From the IMG/VR virus record IMGVR_UViG_3300028603_000035: 20,000 bases of DNA; one strand, 5' to 3'. The position numbers and the translations under genes were made by a program. The notes beneath the pieces were generated by a model. It did not search any database and was not told the DNA's origin. It was given only the letters and a program-made list of their open reading frames with translations. Shown piece after piece: positions 8,698 to 17,647 of the stretch (within the stretch, counting starts at the first letter, position 1; each line of letters opens with the position of its first letter). Source of the stretch: an uncultured virus (IMG/VR IMGVR_UViG_3300028603_000035). Its lineage: Duplodnaviria > Heunggongvirae > Uroviricota > Caudoviricetes > Crassvirales.

Positions 8698-9621
8698 TTA
8701 TCCACCTGAGCCGTAAGTAAGAGGTTTATCCCTTGCATCACGTCTTTTACTTCTTCTTTTTGTCTGAGCATAACGTCTTGCCGTAGCTTTATCGTAAGCT
8801 GCCTTGTTACTATCGCCTTTTTTCTCAAGCCACGCTCCTAAAGACTTTAATATTTCAGGGTCTTCGGCAGAGAGAGCATAAATCATATTGCTGATTTCAT
8901 TATCTCTATTCTCAGTCATAGAGTTCTGATAGTCCGACAAAGTCTCCCTTATATTAGTAATGTTCTCGCTCTGTGCCGCTCCTCGCATAGCCTCGTGCTG
9001 TGCGTGCATCTGCTCGTCGAAATGTCTGTTGCTGACGCCAAGTTGTATGCCTTGCATCATAGCACCCATGTTAGCATTATCGGCAGCCATTTTAAGTTCT
9101 GCATTCTTAGCGTCTATAGAACCTCGTATCTCAGCAGCCTTATTATCGGCTTGCTTCAACACGGTAGGAATAAGGTCTTGTCGTCCTGCTCCACGTAAGT
9201 TACGTATAGCAGCAATCTTGCCTCTGTTGATGTCTTGTAGGTAAGGGTCGGCACTGATACGTTGCCCTACCATAAAAGGAACATCGGGAACACTACCTCT
9301 CTGATACGGCGGCTCTTTCTTATTATGAAAATATTCAGCGATAGAGATAGCATCGTTAATGAGCTTGTTTCCTATAATATCGCCTTTATTCTTCTCTATG
9401 TTGTCTTGCATTTTAGCTACTACGGCAGCTTTGTAGTTAGCATCCTTACCGTTTTCTCCTGGTTTTAATTCATCTCCTGGTTTTTCTCCTGTTTCAGGAT
9501 CAGCAGTATTATTTGCTCCCACCGTAACACCTTCCTGAAAAGGACTACCCTCTATTTCTTTTTTAATTTTAAGAGCAAGGTCTCTAAGACGCTTTTTCGC
9601 TTTTTCTACTTCTTCATTCAT
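8698..9621 (-). CDS. Hypothetical helical protein (possible internal virion / ejection protein)
   Basis: 307 aa with an A/Q/N/M-rich coiled-coil centre (KQADNKAAEIRGSIDAKNAELKMAADNAN) and a basic C-terminus; starts 1 nt after the portal stop. Confidence 0.6.
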   Translation of the reverse strand: MNEEVEKAKKRLRDLALKIKKEIEGSPFQEGVTVGANNTADPETGEKPGDELKPGENGKDANYKAAVVAKMQDNIEKNKGDIIGNKLINDAISIAEYFHNKKEPPYQRGSVPDVPFMVGQRISADPYLQDINRGKIAAIRNLRGAGRQDLIPTVLKQADNKAAEIRGSIDAKNAELKMAADNANMGAMMQGIQLGVSNRHFDEQMHAQHEAMRGAAQSENITNIRETLSDYQNSMTENRDNEISNMIYALSAEDPEILKSLGAWLEKKGDSNKAAYDKATARRYAQTKRRSKRRDARDKPLTYGSGG

Positions 9622-9622
9622 A

Positions 9623-12313
9623 TTAGTTGTCTTTTAAATGTTCAGGGTTCTTCTTAGGCATAGCCTCAGCCTTCTTACTCTCAGCAGCAATCTTCTTAGT
9701 CTTAACGTTTAAATCGTTATCCAACGCCTTATTATCCAAACCGAGTTTGAAAGCGTTAAACAGAGCATCCAAACGCATCTGCATCGCCGTCAACCGTTGC
9801 TGTATGTTAGTACTCTTACTCTGTTCTGCAAGATAGCTCATCTCCACCTTATCCTCATTGGCAATCTTAGCAAGCTCTCTCTCGTGCTTCATATTCTCTA
9901 TATGTTGCTTCAACAGCACATTCTGCTCGTCCACCTGAGCCTTAGCCTGAGCTATGAAAGCAGCTATCTCAAGCTGCTTCTCAGCGATAAAATTATTATG
10001 CTGCTGTGCCTGCATCTCTAAGTCTACCTTAAACTGCTCTACCTCCTTAGCACTCTCCTTCTGTTGCTCTATAAGACTGCTTTGCTGTTGTTGCATAAGC
10101 TCGTTCTTCCTCTTTATTATCTGCTCTGTCTTCTTACGCATCTCCGTGATGCTGTCAATGTCTACAAGAACAGAAAGGTCGTGAGCGTCCAACGCTCCCT
10201 TAACATACTCATTCTGCAATATGCTTTTCATCATCTCAAGATTACCTTGCTCCTTAGTGCTATTATAAACATTAACCTCTATATCTACATCTTTAAATAA
10301 ATCTTCCGGAAGATAAAATATCTCTCTACCTTCCGTTCTATCGTTGAACTCCAAATAAGTGTTGTCTATCTTACCGTATTTAAGGTGTAACGACAACAAC
10401 TCATTGAGAGCTTTAGCTTCTATCTCATCGTGTTCTTCGTATAATATCTCCGTTATCAACGACGCCTGCTCTAAGGCAATCTCCGTGTTGCCGACAAGGT
10501 CGCCCTTCACTATCTGTGCTTGTCGCTGACGTGGAACACCGACTATCTCACCCATAGTCTCCTTTATCTGTATAAGCACATTATCGTAATACTGCACCGA
10601 CGACGACACCGTATTGTCAAACGACGTCCACTGATTAAAGCTGTTGTTAATCTTACGCCCTGAGCTGTCTACCGTCTGAATATACAGTCTCCCTTGTGCT
10701 ATGTTAGCCTCCCACTCGTCCATAAGCATACCGTCAGGCTTCTGACTCTTGTCTATAATCTGCCCCTTAGCTCCTGCAATAGCATAAGCAAGTTGCCGTA
10801 ACATATATATGCTGTTGTATAAGTCTTGTAAGTCTATAGTGTTCTTAATGATACTATACGGCTTGTCAAGCTGACTGCTGTGCGTACGCCCAAAGACAGG
10901 CAAGCAGAACTTAGCGTGTCTGTCCTTACTCCTGTTGACGAAAAGGTCTTTCCTAACATCTACTACCCACTCATTATTGATAACGACACAAGAATATCTA
11001 TCGTAAGTGTAACGCTTGATTATTTTTTCTGTCGCAGGGTCGTAAGTAACGACATCCGACGCAAGGTATCTATCAGTCTTATCATTCTTGTTTATATAAT
11101 AATAATCTTTATTATCTTCTGTTTCTACTTTAACATATTTGTATTTTTCTTTATCGATGACTACCTTATCCATAGGTATCATATGAATAAACTCTTTAAC
11201 GATAGCATCATCACGCATATTCTTAGACACCTTAAAGTTTACCTCTCTAAGCTCTCTGAACCATATACGCTCACGCTTGATGCCTTCTTCTACTATAATA
11301 TCTTTCTTACTATCTAACGCTCCCGTGTAGATAGCTCCGTGTCCGGGAGTGCTTATGAAGCTATGCTTATTCTCCACGTTAGGCAACGACTTCAAGATAG
11401 GCTGTTCTAAGTCCACACCTTCTTTCTTCAACTCATCACCGTACATCTCCTTGACGGCATCTTGCGTGATGGTGTCAACGACAGATACCCACGGCAAGTC
11501 TTGGATGTACTTTATACCCTTGACGTGCGGATACTTGATGTTAATACAGTTCAGGGTGTCATATTCGAGACGCTTGGTGTTCTCATTGACATATACCAAC
11601 CACGCCTCTCTACCTATTACCGCCTTCTGTTTGAAGTTAGATATGCTCTTAGCCTTGACCTCAAAAGTAGAACGTAGCTTAGACATAGCACGCTGTGCTA
11701 TCTCCTCACGGATGTCCTTATAGGAATAAGAATAATAATATTCTATCTTATCCTTCTCCTCTTGTGTGAGTTCTATCATCTCGTAGAACTGCTTCATTAT
11801 CTTTTGGAACTCGTGGTTCACTAACGGCATCTGCTGTACAAGTTGTTGTTGTTGTTGAGCCTCCTCCTCACTCTGAGGTTCTTTCTGTGCCATCTCCTGT
11901 ATCTGTTGCAGTCGTAGCTGTATCTGAAAGATATTATCCTCATAGAAGTCCACCATAGACTTACGCTTGTTCATCTCAGCGTCTAAGTACGCTTTCTGCT
12001 TAGCCTCCCACTTAGCCTTGACGCTCTCCTTGTCTACCGTAAACGTCGAGAACTGCCACACCCGCTTAGCCTGCTGGCTGATGAGGAGGTCTATGATAGG
12101 TCTCTGACACGGTATATGCACCGTATACATAGGCATACGTGCGTCGCCCTTCTTTATCATATACTCATACTTCTCACGGCGAGGTTCATTGTCATAATAC
12201 ATCCAATTGATGACATCCTGCTTGATAGCCGTAACAGTACGTGTCTCGGTGTTACCGATGACCTTAGCACGTTGCTTGACAAACTCCCGCATATTTTTAT
12301 TTTTATTCTTCAT
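9623..12313 (-). CDS. Portal protein (crAss-like, long C-terminal helical barrel)
   Basis: 896 aa between terL and MCP. Portal-like segments PIIDLLISQQAKR, DLQDLYNSIY and GEIVGVPRQRQAQI; long Q/E/K coiled-coil C-terminus. Confidence 0.85.
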   Translation of the reverse strand: MKNKNKNMREFVKQRAKVIGNTETRTVTAIKQDVINWMYYDNEPRREKYEYMIKKGDARMPMYTVHIPCQRPIIDLLISQQAKRVWQFSTFTVDKESVKAKWEAKQKAYLDAEMNKRKSMVDFYEDNIFQIQLRLQQIQEMAQKEPQSEEEAQQQQQLVQQMPLVNHEFQKIMKQFYEMIELTQEEKDKIEYYYSYSYKDIREEIAQRAMSKLRSTFEVKAKSISNFKQKAVIGREAWLVYVNENTKRLEYDTLNCINIKYPHVKGIKYIQDLPWVSVVDTITQDAVKEMYGDELKKEGVDLEQPILKSLPNVENKHSFISTPGHGAIYTGALDSKKDIIVEEGIKRERIWFRELREVNFKVSKNMRDDAIVKEFIHMIPMDKVVIDKEKYKYVKVETEDNKDYYYINKNDKTDRYLASDVVTYDPATEKIIKRYTYDRYSCVVINNEWVVDVRKDLFVNRSKDRHAKFCLPVFGRTHSSQLDKPYSIIKNTIDLQDLYNSIYMLRQLAYAIAGAKGQIIDKSQKPDGMLMDEWEANIAQGRLYIQTVDSSGRKINNSFNQWTSFDNTVSSSVQYYDNVLIQIKETMGEIVGVPRQRQAQIVKGDLVGNTEIALEQASLITEILYEEHDEIEAKALNELLSLHLKYGKIDNTYLEFNDRTEGREIFYLPEDLFKDVDIEVNVYNSTKEQGNLEMMKSILQNEYVKGALDAHDLSVLVDIDSITEMRKKTEQIIKRKNELMQQQQSSLIEQQKESAKEVEQFKVDLEMQAQQHNNFIAEKQLEIAAFIAQAKAQVDEQNVLLKQHIENMKHERELAKIANEDKVEMSYLAEQSKSTNIQQRLTAMQMRLDALFNAFKLGLDNKALDNDLNVKTKKIAAESKKAEAMPKKNPEHLKDN

Positions 12314-13149
12314 TGCCCAAACGCTCGTTTTAATTTATTTAACGTATTGCTCGGCACGCTACCTTCTCTATCTCTTATCGTCTTATCACTCTGCTGAAAC
12401 ATCTCTTTCGACGGATTGAAACTACCTATAGCAGGAACATCGCTACCTCCTGTGTATTTATAGTCGGAAACACTACGCCTTTCGTTGCCTGACAACCTCT
12501 CTTTCGTGTAGTCATAATTTTCATAATAAAAATCTTTATATAAATCACTATCGCTATATACATTCCATTTATTATTACCGAAATTAGCTCTCGTCCTATC
12601 AAAGTCATATCTACCTTCTACCATAGCTCTAAGCTGTGCCATCCGTCTTTTTACGCCTACATTACCTTCTAATCCTTCACTCCTACGTGATATATGCTGT
12701 GCTATCCTTCTACGAGAAGCGGCACTGTAACCGTCCTTCTCAGCAGCCTTGATAGCATCCCATATCTTCTCATCGGAAGGACTACCACCATAAAACATCA
12801 TTCTTAAAGCCGTAGAGACATCATCAGGCATTTTTGATATATCCACACCTTTTGATTTAGAAACCCTCTCAAAAGCCTTTATTTTCTCTTTAAAGACACC
12901 TTTCGTTAGTTCAAGAGCCTCCTCCTTAGTAATGCCGTCAGCATAATCACCCTCCCACACACTTATATCTTTGTTATCCGACAGCTTATAACCATAACCT
13001 ATAGTCCAATAACCCATAGTATCCCTGTAAGGCTTGTCTTTAAAACCCTCTCCCGACATGATATACTTAACCATCTCGTCCTCATCGAAAGGGATATTCT
13101 TACCTTTCTTGCTGTCTTTAGGATTATATGTCATTATCATATCCGTCAT
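12310..13149 (-). CDS. T4-type (GH24) lysozyme-domain protein with C-terminal extension
   Basis: EGFKDKPYRDTMGYWTIGYG gives E-x8-D-x5-T, the spacing of T4 lysozyme E11/D20/T26. Start placed at ATG 13149 (ATGA overlap with the terL stop) rather than 13170; its TGA overlaps the portal ATG. Confidence 0.8.
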   Translation of the reverse strand: MTDMIMTYNPKDSKKGKNIPFDEDEMVKYIMSGEGFKDKPYRDTMGYWTIGYGYKLSDNKDISVWEGDYADGITKEEALELTKGVFKEKIKAFERVSKSKGVDISKMPDDVSTALRMMFYGGSPSDEKIWDAIKAAEKDGYSAASRRRIAQHISRRSEGLEGNVGVKRRMAQLRAMVEGRYDFDRTRANFGNNKWNVYSDSDLYKDFYYENYDYTKERLSGNERRSVSDYKYTGGSDVPAIGSFNPSKEMFQQSDKTIRDREGSVPSNTLNKLKRAFGQ

Positions 13150-15221
13150 ACCACCACCCTCACTAAACATCCGTCAATTTCTTTCCACACATACTGTGGT
13201 TCTGTAGTCTTAAGACTGCTATCTTGTATCTCTAACAACTCTGTCTCCTTGAAAGCTATCAACGCCATCGCCGACGCCATCGTTATATCACAGTTGTACT
13301 GCCTACCCGGTCTGTACTTAAACTTACTAAAAGCTAATATCTGTCTCGGTATCCACAACCTGTTAATCTGGTCTTCATCCATCATATCTCTAAAATTACT
13401 AAGCACATAAGGTTTTAGTGCCTTGTCAGTGCCGTACCTATTAGAAGCCTTATTGTCTTTTATCTGTCCCGCAAACGTCAACGACGGTCTTTCCAACAAC
13501 ATATTAGCCTTACCCATCTTCTCGTAATACTCAAAGATAAACGGATTAACAAACTCTATATTGTTAGTAGAATTATAATATATCGATAGCATCAGAGTAT
13601 GCTCGAAGAACCTATTCTGCCCGCCCGTGTCTATACTCGGACGCTCCAACAGCAAAGCCACATAAGTGTTAAAAAACGGACTTTCACTCTTATTACGCCA
13701 TTTCTTATATACCGTTACAGCCCCTAATGAGTCGCTGGTCTCACTCTCATCCTGATTATAAGTGTCCGTACCTTGCATATATAAGTTGACATACACCTGT
13801 TCGTCTAAATTAACCTCAGGTTCTTCCACTATCTCTAACCACCAATCTTCTCTCATCAGCTCGTCCTCTGTGGCGTCAACAAAATAAACACCGTCTTTTA
13901 TACTCCCTGCTTTCTTCCATTCAAGACGCCCTTTCCTCGTTATCTGTGCGTCCTTATGTGTGAGGATATAATTATATCTCTCCGTCAACAGCCGTCGTCG
14001 CTCCGGACCCAAATAGCCCGCCGTCGTACTTTGGAAAACGTCGTCTAAGAAGATAGCCTCCGTAGACTGATGCGTGTACTTCTGCTCCTCACTCTTACCT
14101 TCCGCCTCCTTCTTGATAGCAGCGATGCTCTCAGCCTTCAACGCATTGCCGTCGCTGTCTACTATCTTATACATCCACTTAGGATTGAAATGTGCTACCT
14201 TAACGTCGCCATCATAGCCTTCCTTAGCCCACTTATTGGTAAACGACAAGATGTTATGCCTATCAGGATTATAAGCTCTCTCCTGTAAATCATAGACACC
14301 TTCTTCCATTTCACCGCCCGTGCCGATGAAAAGCTGATAGCCTGTCTTCTTATCTTCCACTTTAAGAGACGGTGCTGCATAACGCTGTACCTTCAAGCTC
14401 CAACCCTTCTTACCCTTACCTACCTCCTCATATACTATCAGCGTAGGAGCGTAACGGCTTAATGCCTGCGGGTCGTCATTAGCATTCTCAGTGAACACCT
14501 CAGAGCCGTTAAGCGACATTATATGCTTTTTGTTGTCGAAACCACGCTTACGCTGTAAGTAAAACTGCGTGTTGCTAAGCTCATCCAACCCACGAGTAAC
14601 ATTATTGAAAGTGTTGTCGGCATCGGTCTGCTCGCCTGCAACGATGATATTTTGGCTCATAGGCAAGAACAGATAGTTATACGCTAAGTCCATACCCGCT
14701 AACTTCTCACTGAAGCCTATCTGTCGTGCTTTGGTCTCTTGGTTGTCTTTCTTAAAACGTACCATCATCTCACGGCGGAAGCTATACATAACGTCCAACA
14801 TAAGAAACTTAGGTTTTATCAATGTCTTGGTAACAGCACCGTCAGCAAGACCACGTATACGCCAAAAGTTGAGGTAGAAGTAATACCGCCCGGATATGTG
14901 TACAGCTCTGTTCTTAAATGTAAGTTCATATTCCGGGAGGTAGCAGTCATCACCAGCCCATAGAGCGTCTATGCCGTCAACGATAGCGTCGCCACCGTAG
15001 TCGACAGCATTCTGAACCGTATAGCCGTAATAACAACGATACAGTTGCCTACGCCACCACTCCTCGTCAATAACGATATTGTTATCGGCGTGATACTCTA
15101 TACGCAGTTTCTTGTTCAGACCGACAAGCTCCTTAGCTTCCTTAAACAGTAGGTCATTAGCCTTAGGAAGGTCTTCGCCGTTGGCGACAGGAGCAAATCG
15201 TTTTGTGTCTATGAATCTCAT
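13146..15221 (-). CDS. terL: Terminase large subunit
   Basis: 691 aa. crAss-type ISGRYYFYLNF motif, Walker A KARQIGFSE, Walker B LIVYEEVG, coupling motif FIGTGG, nuclease acidic residues in QGTDTY, NIEF and NCDITMA. Confidence 0.93.
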   Translation of the reverse strand: MRFIDTKRFAPVANGEDLPKANDLLFKEAKELVGLNKKLRIEYHADNNIVIDEEWWRRQLYRCYYGYTVQNAVDYGGDAIVDGIDALWAGDDCYLPEYELTFKNRAVHISGRYYFYLNFWRIRGLADGAVTKTLIKPKFLMLDVMYSFRREMMVRFKKDNQETKARQIGFSEKLAGMDLAYNYLFLPMSQNIIVAGEQTDADNTFNNVTRGLDELSNTQFYLQRKRGFDNKKHIMSLNGSEVFTENANDDPQALSRYAPTLIVYEEVGKGKKGWSLKVQRYAAPSLKVEDKKTGYQLFIGTGGEMEEGVYDLQERAYNPDRHNILSFTNKWAKEGYDGDVKVAHFNPKWMYKIVDSDGNALKAESIAAIKKEAEGKSEEQKYTHQSTEAIFLDDVFQSTTAGYLGPERRRLLTERYNYILTHKDAQITRKGRLEWKKAGSIKDGVYFVDATEDELMREDWWLEIVEEPEVNLDEQVYVNLYMQGTDTYNQDESETSDSLGAVTVYKKWRNKSESPFFNTYVALLLERPSIDTGGQNRFFEHTLMLSIYYNSTNNIEFVNPFIFEYYEKMGKANMLLERPSLTFAGQIKDNKASNRYGTDKALKPYVLSNFRDMMDEDQINRLWIPRQILAFSKFKYRPGRQYNCDITMASAMALIAFKETELLEIQDSSLKTTEPQYVWKEIDGCLVRVVV

Positions 15222-15247
15222 AATGCCTTTTTATAAATGAAAACTAA

Positions 15248-15961
15248 TCACAACTCCGCTTTTAAATACGTCTTCTGAGCCTCTTTCTCCATAGCGTGAT
15301 ACTTCTCTAATAACGACATACCGTCGTACTTAGCTCTTAATTCTTCTTTCTCTATCGCTGCCCTACGCAATGCCTCGTCGTACTGCTTGGACAACTTGAA
15401 AGCCTTCTCAATCTCTTTAACTAACAAATCGGTGTTATACACCTCTATACGTTTCTTGACGACACCGCTGAACTTATTGTCGGGTATCTTAACGTACTTA
15501 TCTTTGTCTTTCTTATATATGTCAAAATTATACGACGCCTCGTAAGGTATCTCTATCTCTTTGTTGGTTACCAACTCCAAGTTAGCGATACGCTCCATCT
15601 CGACGGCGATAGCCTCTTTAATCTTCAAGGCAAGTCTCTCCTCGACGCCCATCTGCAACGTACGATACATATCAACGAAACGGATGATACGCTTGTTGTC
15701 GGCGAAGCTACGAGGGAACTTACCGTCGAAATAACTTTTCTTGACAAGCTCTCTACGTTCGGCGTCCGGGAGGTTGGCAAGCGGATGCACCCTGCTGTAC
15801 AAATGATAGGTGTACTTACATACCTTATGAAAGAAAGACTTGTCGCCTATCTTATCATAAAGCCACAGGTCGTACACGGCAGGTATCTGCATTGCCTCCT
15901 GAACAACGCTAACGTCGCCCGTCTCCTCGTCTAATATGAACATAATATCTTTCATCGACAA
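15248..15961 (-). CDS. Conserved crAss-like protein upstream of terL (putative small terminase)
   Basis: 237 aa, helical. IP...LW..DK..DK.....Y.Y..Y...P pattern resembles the crAss gene adjacent to terL; the small-terminase role is inferred from position only. Confidence 0.5.
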   Translation of the reverse strand: MSMKDIMFILDEETGDVSVVQEAMQIPAVYDLWLYDKIGDKSFFHKVCKYTYHLYSRVHPLANLPDAERRELVKKSYFDGKFPRSFADNKRIIRFVDMYRTLQMGVEERLALKIKEAIAVEMERIANLELVTNKEIEIPYEASYNFDIYKKDKDKYVKIPDNKFSGVVKKRIEVYNTDLLVKEIEKAFKLSKQYDEALRRAAIEKEELRAKYDGMSLLEKYHAMEKEAQKTYLKAEL

Positions 15962-15964
15962 TAT

Positions 15965-16327
15965 TTATTTAAACAACAGAAATATGGTGTCTATCCCCGA
16001 CACATAAGCAAGAAGAACACCAAGAATAACAAACGTCAAAAAGATAATTCCTAACTTAGGATGTCTGCTAAAGAAATGTAGAGTGTCCATTTCGCTGACA
16101 ATCTTCTTTAAACAAACAATTTCTTCATTATTGTTCTGTATAGCCTTATTGTTCTCTTCCAATATACGGATATTCTTGTTGAGCTTCTGAAGCTCCTCGC
16201 TTGTCTCCATCTGTTTATCCTTAATCTGTTCAAACCTATCTTCTATCAACTTCGACAAAAGTATAATAGCTTTATTATTCTTATCGCCTTCAGTAAGCAC
16301 CTCTATTTTATCCGTAATATCACACAT
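15965..16327 (-). CDS. Coiled-coil protein with single C-terminal transmembrane segment
   Basis: 120 aa; heptad-rich centre followed by hydrophobic LGIIFLTFVILGVLLAYV. Confidence 0.7.
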   Translation of the reverse strand: MCDITDKIEVLTEGDKNNKAIILLSKLIEDRFEQIKDKQMETSEELQKLNKNIRILEENNKAIQNNNEEIVCLKKIVSEMDTLHFFSRHPKLGIIFLTFVILGVLLAYVSGIDTIFLLFK

Positions 16328-16330
16328 CTT

Positions 16331-16636
16331 TTATATCGCATTAAGATAATTATGTACCGCCATAGCCCCTTGTTCGGCTATACTCCACGGCACTAACACT
16401 CGTGAATGAAACAACTCCTTATGAAACTTGCCGTCCTTGTCAAACCACGTGCATATAAGCCCTACGAGCTTAGACGCAGGCTTAGTCTCAAAGCCACTGC
16501 CATCCTCTTTCTCCTTATAAGGGACTTCCGTTTTCCTATATACTATCTCCTGAACCGTCATCGGCTGATAGAGATTGTTCTTATAAGCAACGTCATCGCC
16601 TTCCCTGAACTTAACCTTAACTATATCTCCACTCAT
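16331..16636 (-). CDS. DUF2158/YodC-like small protein
   Basis: 101 aa; FREGDDV...PMTV...ICTWFDKDG.....F....L matches the DUF2158 pattern F-x-x-G-D-x-V...M-T-V...C-x-W-F. Confidence 0.7.
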   Translation of the reverse strand: MSGDIVKVKFREGDDVAYKNNLYQPMTVQEIVYRKTEVPYKEKEDGSGFETKPASKLVGLICTWFDKDGKFHKELFHSRVLVPWSIAEQGAMAVHNYLNAI

Positions 16637-16658
16637 ATCTCTACTGTTTATATTTTTT

Positions 16659-17093
16659 TTACTCCTTATCCTCTTTAACGATAGCAGCTATGTCCACCTC
16701 ACGGATGAAATGAAAGACAGAACCGTCATAAATGAAAGTGTCGTTAGGATTGGAACGTAACAACACCTTATCGCCTACGGCAACATCACTCTCTATCTTG
16801 CTCCCTACCGCTAACACCTTGCCATACGCCATACCAAAAGGAAACATATCTTTGAAATCCATAATAGAAAATTCATACTTATTGTTATAATTATGATAAA
16901 TGTTCTTATGGCTCACAAAACCGTTCTCTTTGTATTCTTTAGCATCAGGAAGGTTCATCACTAAACCTATAATAATGGCGTCGGCACGAGGGATTATACC
17001 TTTAGGAAGCTCCCTACCCAAACCTAAGTTAAGTTGTTCGTAAACCTTAGCTTTGATGTCGCTCTGTTTTTTCTCTTTACTCTCTGTACTCAT
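16659..17093 (-). CDS. groES: GroES/Cpn10-like co-chaperonin
   Basis: IIPRADAIII and GKVLAVG...DVAVGDKVL...IREVDIAAIV align with GroES IRPLHDRVIV and GEVLAVG...DVKVGDIVI...MSESDILAIV. Confidence 0.85.
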   Translation of the reverse strand: MSTESKEKKQSDIKAKVYEQLNLGLGRELPKGIIPRADAIIIGLVMNLPDAKEYKENGFVSHKNIYHNYNNKYEFSIMDFKDMFPFGMAYGKVLAVGSKIESDVAVGDKVLLRSNPNDTFIYDGSVFHFIREVDIAAIVKEDKE

Positions 17094-17113
17094 AATCTTT
17101 AAATTTTAAAAAT

Positions 17114-17641
17114 TTATAATAACATTTTTTTATCATCATTACTTTCTTCTTTAACACGTTTTGTATATTTACGCTTTTGCTTCTTATCTTCCTCCGACGC
17201 CAAGAAGCGTTTCAGAATCCCTATCTTCTCTACGAACTCCACGTTAAGCACCCACACAAAGAAACGTAACACCTTGCTCTGTGGAAACAATATAGACAGG
17301 TTCTTAAAGCCGTTGACAACATAAAACCATATAGTAACAACAGATACTATAATGACTATGTTCTGCGTGAAGAATTGGTCTTTCATCAACTTTCCAAGTG
17401 TAAATAGAAAGACGATAAGAAAGATATATACGGCAAATAATGCCAATGCACGCTTACCGCCCTCACGACTTACCTTTGCTTGTTTTAATATCTTACTTTT
17501 GATTACCCCGATAAGAAGGTCAAATAAGAATGCTAATGCTACAGCTAATAGCGTAGCGCCAATGGGATTATAAAAACCTATTATCATAGCAGGCAACCCC
17601 ATTAAAAATACTGTAAATGTTTTTAAATAATTCAATTCCAT
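17114..17641 (-). CDS. Putative holin (phage holin 4-like)
   Basis: 175 aa with 3-4 hydrophobic segments, D-L-L-I-G motif and a highly charged C-terminus; directly downstream of the amidase. Confidence 0.75.
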   Translation of the reverse strand: MELNYLKTFTVFLMGLPAMIIGFYNPIGATLLAVALAFLFDLLIGVIKSKILKQAKVSREGGKRALALFAVYIFLIVFLFTLGKLMKDQFFTQNIVIIVSVVTIWFYVVNGFKNLSILFPQSKVLRFFVWVLNVEFVEKIGILKRFLASEEDKKQKRKYTKRVKEESNDDKKMLL

Positions 17642-17647
17642 ATCTAT

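Noticed and set aside
8656..8700. Slippage at the A22 tract fusing the 307-aa and 376-aa genes
   Set aside because: The upstream gene ends at TAA (8698-8700) before the tract, so tract length cannot create a fusion.
13150..13170. Lysozyme start at 13170 as given in the ORF track
   Set aside because: It would overlap terL by 25 nt. The ATG at 13149 gives the ATGA coupling seen elsewhere in the window, though starts a few codons later cannot be excluded.
5978..15221. Inteins or self-splicing introns in terL, portal or MCP
   Set aside because: Motifs are contiguous, lengths are ordinary, and no intein termini or homing-endonuclease motifs were seen.
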